A stretch of 54,084 nucleotides of DNA, taken from positions 1-54,084 of the forward strand of contig JAHJSA010000037.1 in NCBI GenBank assembly GCA_018830645.1, read 5' to 3'. The position numbers were made by a program, and so were the translations under genes. Below, piece after piece: positions 26,142 through 36,593 of the stretch. A model generated the notes under the pieces. The model was not told where the DNA came from. It worked only from the letters and a program-made list of their open reading frames with translations, and did not search any database. How positions within the stretch are numbered: the first letter of the stretch is position 1; every line of letters starts with the position of its first letter. The DNA comes from Actinomycetota bacterium. GTDB taxonomy: Bacteria > Actinomycetota > Thermoleophilia > RBG-16-64-13.

Positions 26142-26961
26142 GAGGACCCGGCTGAGCCCGCCGCCTGTTCCATGCCGAGGCGGATAGCCTCGAGCAAGGC
26201 GTCCGGTGCGTCGGCGGCCACGTGCAATCGCAGCACCGGGTGGTCGCCGCGGAGTCGGGCGAGAGGAAGGGGGTGGTCGAACTCCACGGCCACGTCGGTC
26301 TTCCCTCCCATCACGAACAGCGCCTCGTCGCCCACCACCGAGAGTCCCTCGCGGGGAAGGCCGAGTGAACTTCGCGGCCCCTCTCGACGCTCGGCCTTCG
26401 CGTCGAGGATGTGCTGGAATGGCACCCAGACCTCGGCCATCGCTCCATAGCGCAGGAGCAGGCCCCCGCCGTGACTCGGTGGGGCATCACGATCATCGAA
26501 GCGTACAATGCCAAGACGAAGAAGAGCGCGTACACGGCGGCCACCAGCAAGAGCACCCGGATCCAGAAGACGGGGATAAGGAGCTCGAACAGGAGGATCT
26601 CCACGGGGGTGGTGAGGAAGACTACAACGAGCATCGCGCCCATCGGTGAGCGCTTGTGATAGGCGAAGACGTCCGGACCCTTCGGCCCGCGTCGGGTTGC
26701 CCATATGCCGAGGCACCACCACAGTCGCGGTTCGAGTATGAGGAAGCGGGCAACGGAGAGCGGGACGCCCCAGGTGAGCACCTTCTCCACACCGGCGAGG
26801 GCGCGCTGCGGTCGCTCGCCAATGCCCTCTTCGGCTGCGACCGTCTCCTCGCGGCCGTCATGGGTGCGACGGCGCTCGCGCACACGGTGCAGAGCGTACG
26901 CTCCCCCGGCGAGGAGGAGCGCCGCTTCGACGATCACGGCCAGAAGGACTAGAATGCGCAT
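26084..26961 (-). pseudogene. Membrane protein with apparent frame discontinuity. An N-terminal TM-rich segment (26961 to about 26480) continues in a different frame (about 26440 to 26084). It is either a frameshifted gene or two overlapping small genes.
   Basis: ORF 26311..26961 begins convincingly (MRILVLLAVIVEAALLLAG...3 TM helices) then turns to S/R/C/W-rich noise after about residue 165. Overlapping ORF 26084..26722 is noise-like at its 5' end but protein-like from MAEVWVPFQHILDAK... onward. The C-terminus overlaps the tsaD 3' end by 58 nt. Confidence 0.4.
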
Positions 26962-27011
26962 CGCGTCGTGATTCTCTCATGTCGAAAGCCCGCATATCGT
27001 ATCCCCGCCGT

Positions 27012-27040
27012 TTGACATTATCTGAGCGAGGGCATATCAT
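27012..27040 (+). promoter_or_regulatory. Sigma-70/SigA-type promoter of groESL: TTGACA - 17 nt - TATCAT
   Basis: Near-consensus -35 and -10 hexamers with 17-nt spacing in a low-GC stretch about 110 nt upstream of groES. Confidence 0.7.
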
Positions 27041-27051
27041 GCGTAGTGACC

Positions 27052-27078
27052 TGGCACTCTCTGGCCGAGAGTGCCAAT
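27052..27078 (+). promoter_or_regulatory. CIRCE operator (HrcA binding site): cTGGCACTC-N9-GAGTGCCAa
   Basis: Matches the CIRCE consensus TTAGCACTC-N9-GAGTGCTAA in both arms, and lies between the promoter and groES. Confidence 0.85.
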
Positions 27079-27150
27079 TCGCCGTAAGGGAACAAGCGGT
27101 CGTCCGTTCTAGGGCGTCCGGCAAGTAAGGACAAACAGGAGGGTTTGTGC

Positions 27151-27435
27151 ATGAAACTCGTTCCGCTTGAGGACAGGGTCGTAGTAATGGTCCTGGAGGA
27201 GGAGGAGAAGACCGCGAGCGGTCTCGTCCTCCCCGACACGGCCAAAGAGAAGCCCCAGAAAGCCAAGGTAGTCGCGGTCGGCCCCGGTCGATACGACGAC
27301 GGAGTCTTGGTTCCCATGGGCGTAGCCGAAGGCGACATCGTTGTCTTCAGCAAGTACGGCGGCACCGAAGTCAAAGTCGACGGCGAGGAACTCTTGATCC
27401 TCCGTGCGTCGGACATCCTGGCAAAAGTACAGTAG
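27151..27435 (+). CDS. groES: Co-chaperonin GroES
   Basis: 94 aa, [12 protein letters not shown]...mobile loop. AGGAGG Shine-Dalgarno 8 nt upstream. Confidence 0.95.
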   Translation: MKLVPLEDRVVVMVLEEEEKTASGLVLPDTAKEKPQKAKVVAVGPGRYDDGVLVPMGVAEGDIVVFSKYGGTEVKVDGEELLILRASDILAKVQ

Positions 27436-29085
<1,650 letters not shown>

Positions 29086-29152
29086 GAAGCCCCGTCACAG
29101 ACGGCACCGCCGGCCACGCGCCGGTGGTTGCCTGATATGACGTGGTCTTTCG

Positions 29153-29190
29153 GGGGCCGCGGCCTATTCGGCCGCGGCCCCCGTTGTTGT
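29153..29190 (+). terminator. Intrinsic terminator of groESL: GGGGGCCGCGGCC-tattc-GGCCGCGGCCCCC followed by gttgttgt
   Basis: Perfect 13-bp GC stem plus a U-rich tail, 68 nt after the groEL stop. Confidence 0.8.
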
Positions 29191-29449
29191 ACGCCTGGGC
29201 GCGGGCCTCACGCTCCCCATACCGTCTGCGTCGCCGCGACGACTTCCGGGGCGGCGGCAGGGGCCCCGGGCGGTGGGCGAGGTGGGCGCGCTTCGCCTTG
29301 GCCCACCTGGCTGCCCGGCGCATCGTAACGTAGTGGGCTCGGTCTGACCGGGGTTTTCCCCGGGCGCCCCCGGTGGTAGTGATACAATTAGCGTTGCTAC
29401 CAGCGTCGCACCTGAGGTCCGAGGTCCGGTTCGAGAAAGGAGTCCCCTA

Positions 29450-29899
29450 GTGAAGGAACAGGCAGAGAAGGCCTTCGCGGAGATGTTGGAGATCTCTACA
29501 GACATGGACAAGGCCGTCCTCTTCGCCGGCGACGAGGTCGTCGTGTCGAATTTTCCCGAGAGCCTTCAGGGGACCATGGTGAAGAAGGCCCACGAGCTGG
29601 CCAAGGCGGGTGCCGCCAGGGCTGCCGACATGGGATCGGCGCCGCTGACGCAACTGGTGGCCGAGAGCGGTGGAGGCATGGTCTTCCTGGTGCAGGAGCC
29701 TGAGAGCGCCGGTATGGGCATCCTCGCGACCGCGAAGAAGGACAGCCGCATAGGCCTCGTGTTCTACGACATGAAGACCTGCATCCGTGACGCCCAAGAG
29801 ATCGACGAGACAGGATCGGCCGAAGTCGAGATCATCCAGGACGAGTACGTGGAAGATGAGGTCTTCGAGGTGACAGAGGATCCGGAGAGAGAGGCGTGA
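29450..29899 (+). CDS. Roadblock/LC7 (MglB-like) domain protein with an acidic C-terminal tail, 149 aa
   Basis: GTG start with AAAGGAG Shine-Dalgarno. The GGGMVFLVQE...GILATAKKDSRIGLVFYD core resembles Roadblock/LC7, and there is a DE-rich tail as in MglB. Family assignment is by eye only. Confidence 0.55.
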   Translation: MKEQAEKAFAEMLEISTDMDKAVLFAGDEVVVSNFPESLQGTMVKKAHELAKAGAARAADMGSAPLTQLVAESGGGMVFLVQEPESAGMGILATAKKDSRIGLVFYDMKTCIRDAQEIDETGSAEVEIIQDEYVEDEVFEVTEDPEREA

Positions 29900-30114
29900 T
29901 GAAGAAGCTGCTCAAGTTCTTCGGGTTCCTGTCGGTGATCGGATCGGCGGCTGCCGGTGTCTACTACCTCTTCTTCATGCGCAAGAAGAAGCCGCTCGTA
30001 GAACTCTACTTCGACGACGGTTCGATGCTTGCACTCGACGATTCCGCCCCCGAGGCGGTGGAGTTCCTCGCCTTGGCAGACGATATCCTGGCTATGAGCC
30101 CGGTTCTCGCCTGA
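29896..30114 (+). CDS. Small membrane protein (72 aa), translationally coupled (ATGA) to the Roadblock-like gene
   Basis: One TM helix (FFGFLSVIGSAAAGVYYLFF) followed by a KKK stretch and an acidic tail. 4-nt overlap with the upstream gene. Confidence 0.5.
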   Translation: MMKKLLKFFGFLSVIGSAAAGVYYLFFMRKKKPLVELYFDDGSMLALDDSAPEAVEFLALADDILAMSPVLA

Positions 30115-30169
30115 TCGGTCGGCGCGCCGACCTCACCGAAGCGTCTCCCAGAAGCGAGCGTCCAAACCT

Positions 30170-31570
30170 ATGCGGCATCTTTCCCCGGGCATCTCCCCGG
30201 AACTGACGGAGCATGTCCTCAGAGTTGCCCTGCGCAACGGGGGTGACTACGCCGAGGTCTTCGCGGAAGACCGGTCCTCCCTGTCCGTGCGCATGGACGA
30301 CGGTAGGCTTGAGGAGGTCTCTTCGGGTATCGATCAGGGCGCCTCGATCCGTCTGGTCAAGGGCCCAACCACGTCGTTCGGTTTCACCGACTCCCTCGAC
30401 GAATCGGCGCTGGTTGCCCTCGCCGAACGGCTGAGCGCGAGCGTGCGCGGCACCGCCGCGCTCCCCTCGTCCGTGCGTGTGATCACCCTGGACCCTCGTC
30501 CGCTACCCCGACTGATACCGGCCGCTGTCGAGACCGGAGCCAAGACTGACCTGGTGCGGGCAGCCGAGAGCGTGGCCCGCGAGAGGTCCGAAGAAATACG
30601 TCAGGTTGCGGTCGGCTACTCCGAGGGGCGCCAGCGCACCTGGGTGGGTTCGTCTCGCGGTCCCTTCGCCACCGACGACCGCACCCGGGTGGTGCTCAGT
30701 GTGAACGTGGTGGCTCAGCGGGATGGCTCCATCCAGACAGGCCACGAGACACTGGCCGGCACCGTCGGCTTCGAGATCTTCGATGGCGCGGCCCACCTGC
30801 GGACGGCCCTTGAGGCGGCCGACAAGGCGTTGGTCATGCTCGACGCCCGGCCCGCCCCGGGTGGGCGCATGCCCGTCATCCTGGCCAACGGGTTCGGCGG
30901 GGTGTTGTTCCACGAGGCCTGCGGTCACGGGCTCGAGGCCGACTTCATCGTGAAGAAGACCAGCATCTGGGAGGGTCGCCGCGGCACGAGGGTAGCCGCC
31001 CCCTTCGTCACGGCGTACGACGACGGAGTGACGCCAACCATGTGGGGCAGCAACGCGATCGACGACGAGGGCACGCCCACGGAGGCGACGGTGCTCATCG
31101 AAGAGGGCATCCTCACCGGGTACATCACCGATGTCTTGCGCGGAGAGAAGTTGGGCCTGGCCTCCACGGGCAACGGTCGCCGCCAGAGCTACCGCCATCT
31201 GCCTTACCCGCGCATGACGAACACCTACTTCGCCGCCGGCGACGTGTCGGCCGCCGACCTCATCGCCGACACTCCTCGGGCGTTCTACGCGAAGAGCCTC
31301 TCGGGCGGTCAAGTGGATCCGGCCACCGGGGACTTCGTCTTCGGGGTCTCCGAGGGGTACCTGATCGAAGGGGGCCGTGTGGGTACGCCCCTCAAGGGAG
31401 CGACGCTGATCGGCAACGGAGCCGAGGTGCTCGAGGCCATCGACGCCATTGCCGACGATCTCGAGGTGAGAGCCGGCATGTGCGGCAAGGAGGGGCAGGC
31501 GGTGCCGGTGGGCACCGGCCAGCCGACGCTCCGGCTGCGTGAGCTCACAGTGGGGGGGACGGCCGTATGA
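30170..31570 (+). CDS. tldD: Metalloprotease TldD
   Basis: HEACGH zinc motif (FHEACGHGLEADF) and TldD/PmbA fold sequence throughout. Confidence 0.9.
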   Translation: MRHLSPGISPELTEHVLRVALRNGGDYAEVFAEDRSSLSVRMDDGRLEEVSSGIDQGASIRLVKGPTTSFGFTDSLDESALVALAERLSASVRGTAALPSSVRVITLDPRPLPRLIPAAVETGAKTDLVRAAESVARERSEEIRQVAVGYSEGRQRTWVGSSRGPFATDDRTRVVLSVNVVAQRDGSIQTGHETLAGTVGFEIFDGAAHLRTALEAADKALVMLDARPAPGGRMPVILANGFGGVLFHEACGHGLEADFIVKKTSIWEGRRGTRVAAPFVTAYDDGVTPTMWGSNAIDDEGTPTEATVLIEEGILTGYITDVLRGEKLGLASTGNGRRQSYRHLPYPRMTNTYFAAGDVSAADLIADTPRAFYAKSLSGGQVDPATGDFVFGVSEGYLIEGGRVGTPLKGATLIGNGAEVLEAIDAIADDLEVRAGMCGKEGQAVPVGTGQPTLRLRELTVGGTAV

Positions 31571-32937
31571 CCGAGGTCCCAGGCGCCGAGCTTCTCGACG
31601 TAGGGCGCTCCGTACTCGAGCGGGCGGGTGGGCTTACCGGCGATATCGAGGTCTACGTGCAACACTCACAGACCCTTGCGGTGAAGGTGTATCAGGGTGA
31701 GGTCGAATCCCTGGTGGCCGGCGAACCGCGGGGCATCGGAGTGCGCTACGTCGCCGACGGCAGAGCCGGGTACGCCTACACGGGTGATTTCGCCCCGGCT
31801 GCGCTCGACGAGGTGGTGGCCATGGCCGCGACCAACGCCGCCGCCGCCGATCTCGACGAGTACGTCTCGCTACCGCATGCCGCAGATGTGTACCCGGAGG
31901 TGCAAGGTCTGTGGCGGCCTTCACTCCTTTCGACGGCCGTGGAGCGGAAGATCGCCCTGGCGGTGGAGGCGGAGAAGACCGCTCTGGGCTCGCCCGAGAT
32001 CGAGACCGTAGAAGAGAGTGCCTACGTCGATTCCGCGACACGGATGGCGATCGTCTCGAGCAAGGGGGTCGAGGTGTACGGCGAGCAGACGTTCTGCTAC
32101 GTCTACCTTTCGGCCCACGCTCGGCGCGGCGACGACGTGCAGACCGGGCTCGGCTTCGTGACGGGCCGTGAGCCCGAAGAGCTCGACCCGGCGTCCGCGG
32201 GCCGGGATGCCGCACTCCAGGCCGCGAGGCTTCTCGGGGCGCGTCCGTGCCCCACGGGCAAATACACCGTGGTGCTCGACCGGGAGGTCGCCGCGGCCGT
32301 TTTCGGCGTGGCCGTCCGCGCCCTCTCAGCGGAGGCGGTGCAGAAGGGCCGGTCGTTGTTCGCCGGCAAGGTCGGCGAGCTGGTTGCGGCGCCCTCGCTC
32401 TCTCTGGTGGACCACGGACTGCATCCCGACGGGATGGCCAGCGCCTCCTTTGACGACGAAGGGGTGCCGCGCAAGGTGACTCCTCTGATCGAGGACGGCG
32501 TGCTAAAGGGGTTCTTGCACGATACGTACACCGCCGCGCGCGAGGGCGGCGGGGCCGGCTCCACCGGTAATGCCGAGCGAGGCAGCTATCGCGGCTCGCC
32601 CGGGGTGTCGGCGTCGAACCTGATGCTCGACTCGGGCGAGGGAACGCTCGAAGAGCTGTTCGCGCGCGTGGGCACGGGCCTGTACGTGGTGAGCATCACC
32701 GGTCTCGCCTCGGGCGCCAACCCGGTGAGCGGGGAGTTCTCGGTGGGCGCCCGCGGGCTGCTGATCGAAGGTGGCGCTCTGACCTCGGCCGTGCGCGAGG
32801 TGACCATAGCGTCGGATCTCGTGAGCCTGCTGAGCAACGTGGGCGACAGAGCCGGCGATGCTCGGTGGATCCCGTTCTCCGGCAGCGTGTACACGCCGTC
32901 GTTCGCCGTCACCGACGTCACCGTCGCCGGCACGTGA
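31567..32937 (+). CDS. pmbA: Metalloprotease PmbA/TldE
   Basis: Paralogous TldD/PmbA-family sequence lacking the HExxxH motif. ATGA overlap with tldD. Confidence 0.9.
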   Translation: MTEVPGAELLDVGRSVLERAGGLTGDIEVYVQHSQTLAVKVYQGEVESLVAGEPRGIGVRYVADGRAGYAYTGDFAPAALDEVVAMAATNAAAADLDEYVSLPHAADVYPEVQGLWRPSLLSTAVERKIALAVEAEKTALGSPEIETVEESAYVDSATRMAIVSSKGVEVYGEQTFCYVYLSAHARRGDDVQTGLGFVTGREPEELDPASAGRDAALQAARLLGARPCPTGKYTVVLDREVAAAVFGVAVRALSAEAVQKGRSLFAGKVGELVAAPSLSLVDHGLHPDGMASASFDDEGVPRKVTPLIEDGVLKGFLHDTYTAAREGGGAGSTGNAERGSYRGSPGVSASNLMLDSGEGTLEELFARVGTGLYVVSITGLASGANPVSGEFSVGARGLLIEGGALTSAVREVTIASDLVSLLSNVGDRAGDARWIPFSGSVYTPSFAVTDVTVAGT

Positions 32938-32945
32938 GCCGTAAC

Positions 32946-33488
32946 GTGGAGAGGCGATCGTTGGGGAAGCTGCTGATGGGAGTGGCGTACCTGGAGGGCG
33001 ATTTCGTCCTTCGGTCGGGACGCCGCAGCACGTATTACCTCGACAAGTACCTGTTCGAGACGGAACCCCGCGTCTTGCGCGGCATTGTTCATGAGATGGC
33101 GCTGATGATCCGAGATCGGTTGGCGTCGGGTGCCGGCTATCAGCGACTCGGCGCCCCGGAACTGGGCGCCGTCAGTCTGGGAGCGGGCCTGTCACTGGAG
33201 CTCGGGATCCCGTTCCTCATCGTGAGGAAGGGCGAGAAAGACTATGGCACCTCCAAAGCCATCGAGGGAGCCTGGTCACCGGGTGAGCGGGTGGCCATCG
33301 TGGAAGACATCGTCACCTCCGGCGGCGCGGCGTTGAGTGCCGTCGACCGGCTGCGGGAAGCCGGCCTGATCGTGGAAGACCTGTTCTGCGTGGTCGATCG
33401 TGAAGAGGGCGGAGCCGACGCCGCTGCGGCACACGGGCTCACGTTGCGGCCCCTGTTCACCTCATCGGAACTCGGCATAGGTGTTTGA
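32946..33488 (+). CDS. pyrE: Orotate phosphoribosyltransferase
   Basis: GDFVLRSGRRSTYYLDKY, and the PRPP motif VAIVEDIVTSGGAAL. GTG start 9 nt after the pmbA stop; the ORF-track start at 32865 overlaps pmbA. Confidence 0.85.
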   Translation: MERRSLGKLLMGVAYLEGDFVLRSGRRSTYYLDKYLFETEPRVLRGIVHEMALMIRDRLASGAGYQRLGAPELGAVSLGAGLSLELGIPFLIVRKGEKDYGTSKAIEGAWSPGERVAIVEDIVTSGGAALSAVDRLREAGLIVEDLFCVVDREEGGADAAAAHGLTLRPLFTSSELGIGV

Positions 33489-33600
33489 GTCGCCGCGCCT
33501 GCGGGCACGGCCTACGAATAGTTGATGAGCCCGCGCTCCTTGTGCGTGAATAGGGCTTTTGGTAAGGTGGCGCTGGACTTCAAGACCAAGGGAGGCAACA

Positions 33601-33873
33601 GTGACCAAATCTGATTTTGTCGACAAACTCGCGGCTAAGACGGGTCTGAGCAAGAAGGACTCCGCCGCAGCTGTCGATGCTTTCGTGGACGTTGTGACGG
33701 AAGCTCTCGCAGATGGTGAGGCTGTGCAGTTCACCGGCTTCGGCAAGTTCTACGTACAGAAGCGTGAGGCCCGCGAGGGTATCAACCCGCAGACCAAGGC
33801 CAAGATCCAGATCGCTGCGACGAAGGTTCCGAAGTTCAGCGCGGGTACGAGCCTCAAAGCCTCGGTGCGCTAA
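33601..33873 (+). CDS. hup: Nucleoid-associated protein HU
   Basis: 90 aa, TKSDFVDKLAAKTGLSKKDSAAAVDAF...GFGKFYVQKREAREGINPQT, the HU/IHF signature. GTG start 5 nt after a GGAGG Shine-Dalgarno. Confidence 0.9.
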   Translation: MTKSDFVDKLAAKTGLSKKDSAAAVDAFVDVVTEALADGEAVQFTGFGKFYVQKREAREGINPQTKAKIQIAATKVPKFSAGTSLKASVR

Positions 33874-33897
33874 CGCTCTCCTCTCTTGTTCTGTTCA

Positions 33898-33924
33898 GGG
33901 CCGCCGGCTCGGGCGGCCCTTTCC
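33898..33924 (+). terminator. Intrinsic terminator after hup: GGGCCGCC-ggctc-GGGCGGCCC followed by TTTCC
   Basis: Perfect 8-bp GC stem plus a short T-run, 25 nt after the hup stop. Confidence 0.75.
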
Positions 33925-33937
33925 ATTGGCGGGGGCC

Positions 33938-34834
33938 GTGAACAACTTCGCAGACCGTCTCCTCGAGGCCGTTGAACGCAAGCGTTCGCACGTAGTCCTC
34001 GGACTCGACCCCGACTTCGACCTGATGCCTCCCGATGTACAGGCGCTGGCCCCCGACGGAGTGTCGGCGGGAACGGAGGCCGTGGCTGAGTGCTTCCGCG
34101 CGTTCCTCAGCGATCTTCTGGGGGCGCTCTCCGATGTCGTCGTGGCGGTGAAGCCCCAGCTTGCCTACTTCGAAGCCCTTGGTTCCACCGGGTACCGGCT
34201 CTATGAGGAGATGGTCGCGGAGGCCCGATCCCTGGGGTACTTGGTTATCGCCGACGCCAAGCGTGGAGACATCGGCAGCACCGCGGAGGCATATGCGCGT
34301 GCTCATCTCGACCTGGTGGGAGCCGATGCCGTCACGGTGAACCCGTGGTTCGGCACCGATGGCCTGGAGCCGTTCCTGCGGCGCGCCCGCGACGAAGGCA
34401 AAGGTCTCTTCGTGCTTGTGAAGACCTCGAACCCAAGTTCCGCGGAGATCCAAGACCTCGTCACCGTGTCAGGCGACCTCGTGCACGAGCGTGTGGCCGA
34501 TCTGGTGCTTCGCTGGTCGGATGGTACGTACGGCGCTTCTGGGTACTCGTCGGTGGGGGCTGTGGTCGGCGGCACGCATCCCGGACAGGCCCAGATGCTT
34601 CGCGGACTCCTGCCGGGGATCCCCCTTCTGGTGCCGGGATACGGGGCGCAGGGGGCGACGGCTGAGGACATCGGCGGGGTCTTCGACGCGCGAGGCACCG
34701 GCGCTGTGGTCAACTCGTCGCGCGCGATCCTCTACGCCTATCGCACCAGCGGCGGGCACTGGCTGGCGGCGGCACGAGCCGAGGCCGAGCTTATGCGAGC
34801 TGCCCTGTGGGCGGTCGGGAGCCGTGGTCGCTGA
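33938..34834 (+). CDS. pyrF: Orotidine 5'-phosphate decarboxylase (type 2, long form)
   Basis: HVVLGLDPD, VKPQLAYFE, DAKRGDIGST and the C-terminal GYGAQGAT blocks. GTG start at 33938 just after the hup terminator; the ORF-track start at 33713 would run through hup and the terminator. Confidence 0.85.
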   Translation: MNNFADRLLEAVERKRSHVVLGLDPDFDLMPPDVQALAPDGVSAGTEAVAECFRAFLSDLLGALSDVVVAVKPQLAYFEALGSTGYRLYEEMVAEARSLGYLVIADAKRGDIGSTAEAYARAHLDLVGADAVTVNPWFGTDGLEPFLRRARDEGKGLFVLVKTSNPSSAEIQDLVTVSGDLVHERVADLVLRWSDGTYGASGYSSVGAVVGGTHPGQAQMLRGLLPGIPLLVPGYGAQGATAEDIGGVFDARGTGAVVNSSRAILYAYRTSGGHWLAAARAEAELMRAALWAVGSRGR

Positions 34835-35361
34835 TGGGTGGGGCCATCGGACGCGTGCTCGCACCCTTTCTCGCGCTCGCGGCGTTCATGTTCCTCGTAG
34901 GCGTGCTCGCCGAGAGCGACCTCCTGGCGGGGGAGCCCCGACCGGCTGAGACCGGCACCGCTACCCCGTCCACCCGCACCACGGTGATAGAGCTCTTCGG
35001 CCCCGGCACCGCGGATCCCACAGGTGCGGAAGGCGCAGAGGCGGGCCTCGACCCCGAAGCGCCCAGCGCCGGCACCGTCGGCCCTCAGGGCTCGCTACCC
35101 GCTGCGGAGGGTGGAGGAGACGGCTCCACGGCCACGACTCAGGGTGAGGAGCAGGCGGGCGGAGACGGTTCCGGGGAATCGGGGGCCGGCGATGGGGCCG
35201 CGGGAGACCAACCTCGTACCTACACGGTGAAGGCGGGCGACAACCCCTACGAGATCGCGCGGCAGTTCGACGTGACCGCCGCCGAACTGATGGAGTTCAA
35301 CGGCATCGACGATCCCACGGGACTCCAGGTGGGAACGGTGCTTCGCATCCCTCAGCCCTGA
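34834..35361 (+). CDS. Membrane-anchored LysM-domain protein with a low-complexity Gly/Ala/Glu/Thr linker
   Basis: N-terminal TM anchor, a long G/A/E/T/P linker, and a C-terminal LysM (YTVKAGDNPYEIARQFDVTAAELMEFNGIDDPTGLQVGTVLRIP). The start overlaps the pyrF stop (TGATG). Confidence 0.75.
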   Translation: MGGAIGRVLAPFLALAAFMFLVGVLAESDLLAGEPRPAETGTATPSTRTTVIELFGPGTADPTGAEGAEAGLDPEAPSAGTVGPQGSLPAAEGGGDGSTATTQGEEQAGGDGSGESGAGDGAAGDQPRTYTVKAGDNPYEIARQFDVTAAELMEFNGIDDPTGLQVGTVLRIPQP

Positions 35362-35362
35362 C

Positions 35363-35680
35363 CTACTTGCCTCGTCCGAGTGCCTTCCGGGCCGCGCGGA
35401 AGGCGAACAGGCCAAGCGTGAGGGCGGGGTTGCCCAGGTAGCTGACGCTGCACGGGCCGATGTCGACGTGGCGTCGACGCCGAGCGCCCCGGAGAAGCCG
35501 GGGATGGGCGTCGATGGGCAGCACCCACTCGCGCGCTGCCGCCCGATCGCCGAGCCACAGGAACGCGCGCGACGGCCGGAGCTCGACGCCACCCAAGGGG
35601 CCCGCGGTCACGGCGAGGGCGCGCTCCTGGTTGCGCGAGGGAGTCTCGTCCACGACCGCCTTGGTCACGCTCGACCTCAC
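35363..35680 (-). CDS. Possible small hypothetical protein (105 aa); weak call
   Basis: Open frame with GC3-rich codons but no recognisable domain. It may be spurious in this high-GC DNA. Confidence 0.3.
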   Translation of the reverse strand: MRSSVTKAVVDETPSRNQERALAVTAGPLGGVELRPSRAFLWLGDRAAAREWVLPIDAHPRLLRGARRRRHVDIGPCSVSYLGNPALTLGLFAFRAARKALGRGK

Positions 35681-35733
35681 GAACGCCTCACCTCCTCCTC
35701 CGCTATCTCTTCACCGGCTCAGACTTCACCGGC

Positions 35734-36411
35734 TCAGACCCGTCGCAGGTAGTCGAACGTGAAGATGAGCACCACGTCGACGACCACCGTGGCCAACGCT
35801 TCGATTATTAGCTGGCTTAGCAGGAACAACGGGAACACCGAGGTGGCGTTATCGTAGAAGTAGCCGAACGCGGCGAACATGGCCGCCCAGAGCAGGTAGA
35901 CGGCCAGGTAGATGATGATGGCGATATGCCAGCCGTGCCGGAGCAGCTGCACACTCCTTCGCATGGCCCGAATGGGGCCGAGACGTTCGAAGACAAGCGC
36001 GTAGTCGGCGAACACGAGCAACACGGCCACAACGAGCAGAGCGAAGCCGAGGATCTGGCCCTGGGTTGATTCGGCGGTCACCGAGAAGAGCGGCAGATAG
36101 AAGATGAGGTAGGTGATCGCGATGAATCCGGCCAGGCGGACGAACTCCCCGAGAGAATCGGGGGCGAGCGGGTACCGGTTGCCGGCGATCGCCCGGTAGT
36201 AGGGGGCGCGGACAGCGGCCGTCAGTAGGCAGATGATCACCACCGCCGCGGCCGCCGCGGTCATCGCCTCCCAGCTACCCCTCAGCTGCGCAAGGTGCTC
36301 CTGCACGTACTGCCAGCGTGAGTAGTCGGCTTTTGCGAAGGCGGTGAACGACAGGGTGTCCTCAAGCGACGAATACACGGCGAGGAACGCAAGCAGGTTC
36401 GCGATCCCCAA
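35734..36411 (-). CDS. Polytopic membrane protein, hypothetical (about 6 TM)
   Basis: 225 aa with aromatic-rich hydrophobic segments. No motif recognised. Confidence 0.6.
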   Translation of the reverse strand: MGIANLLAFLAVYSSLEDTLSFTAFAKADYSRWQYVQEHLAQLRGSWEAMTAAAAAVVIICLLTAAVRAPYYRAIAGNRYPLAPDSLGEFVRLAGFIAITYLIFYLPLFSVTAESTQGQILGFALLVVAVLLVFADYALVFERLGPIRAMRRSVQLLRHGWHIAIIIYLAVYLLWAAMFAAFGYFYDNATSVFPLFLLSQLIIEALATVVVDVVLIFTFDYLRRV

Positions 36412-36593
36412 GAAGAGAGGGTAGAGGAACAGGTACTGCTTGCGCGAGAGTCGCGTCCACGCGGTGCGCAGAGCTTCGCCTATCTCCCTACCTCCGTCCC
36501 TGACTAGAGCTCCCCCTGGGCGGCGAGTATAGCACCGGGTCCATCAGGTTCTCCGGGGTCTTCGGCGGGATACTCCATGCTATACTTCCGCCC

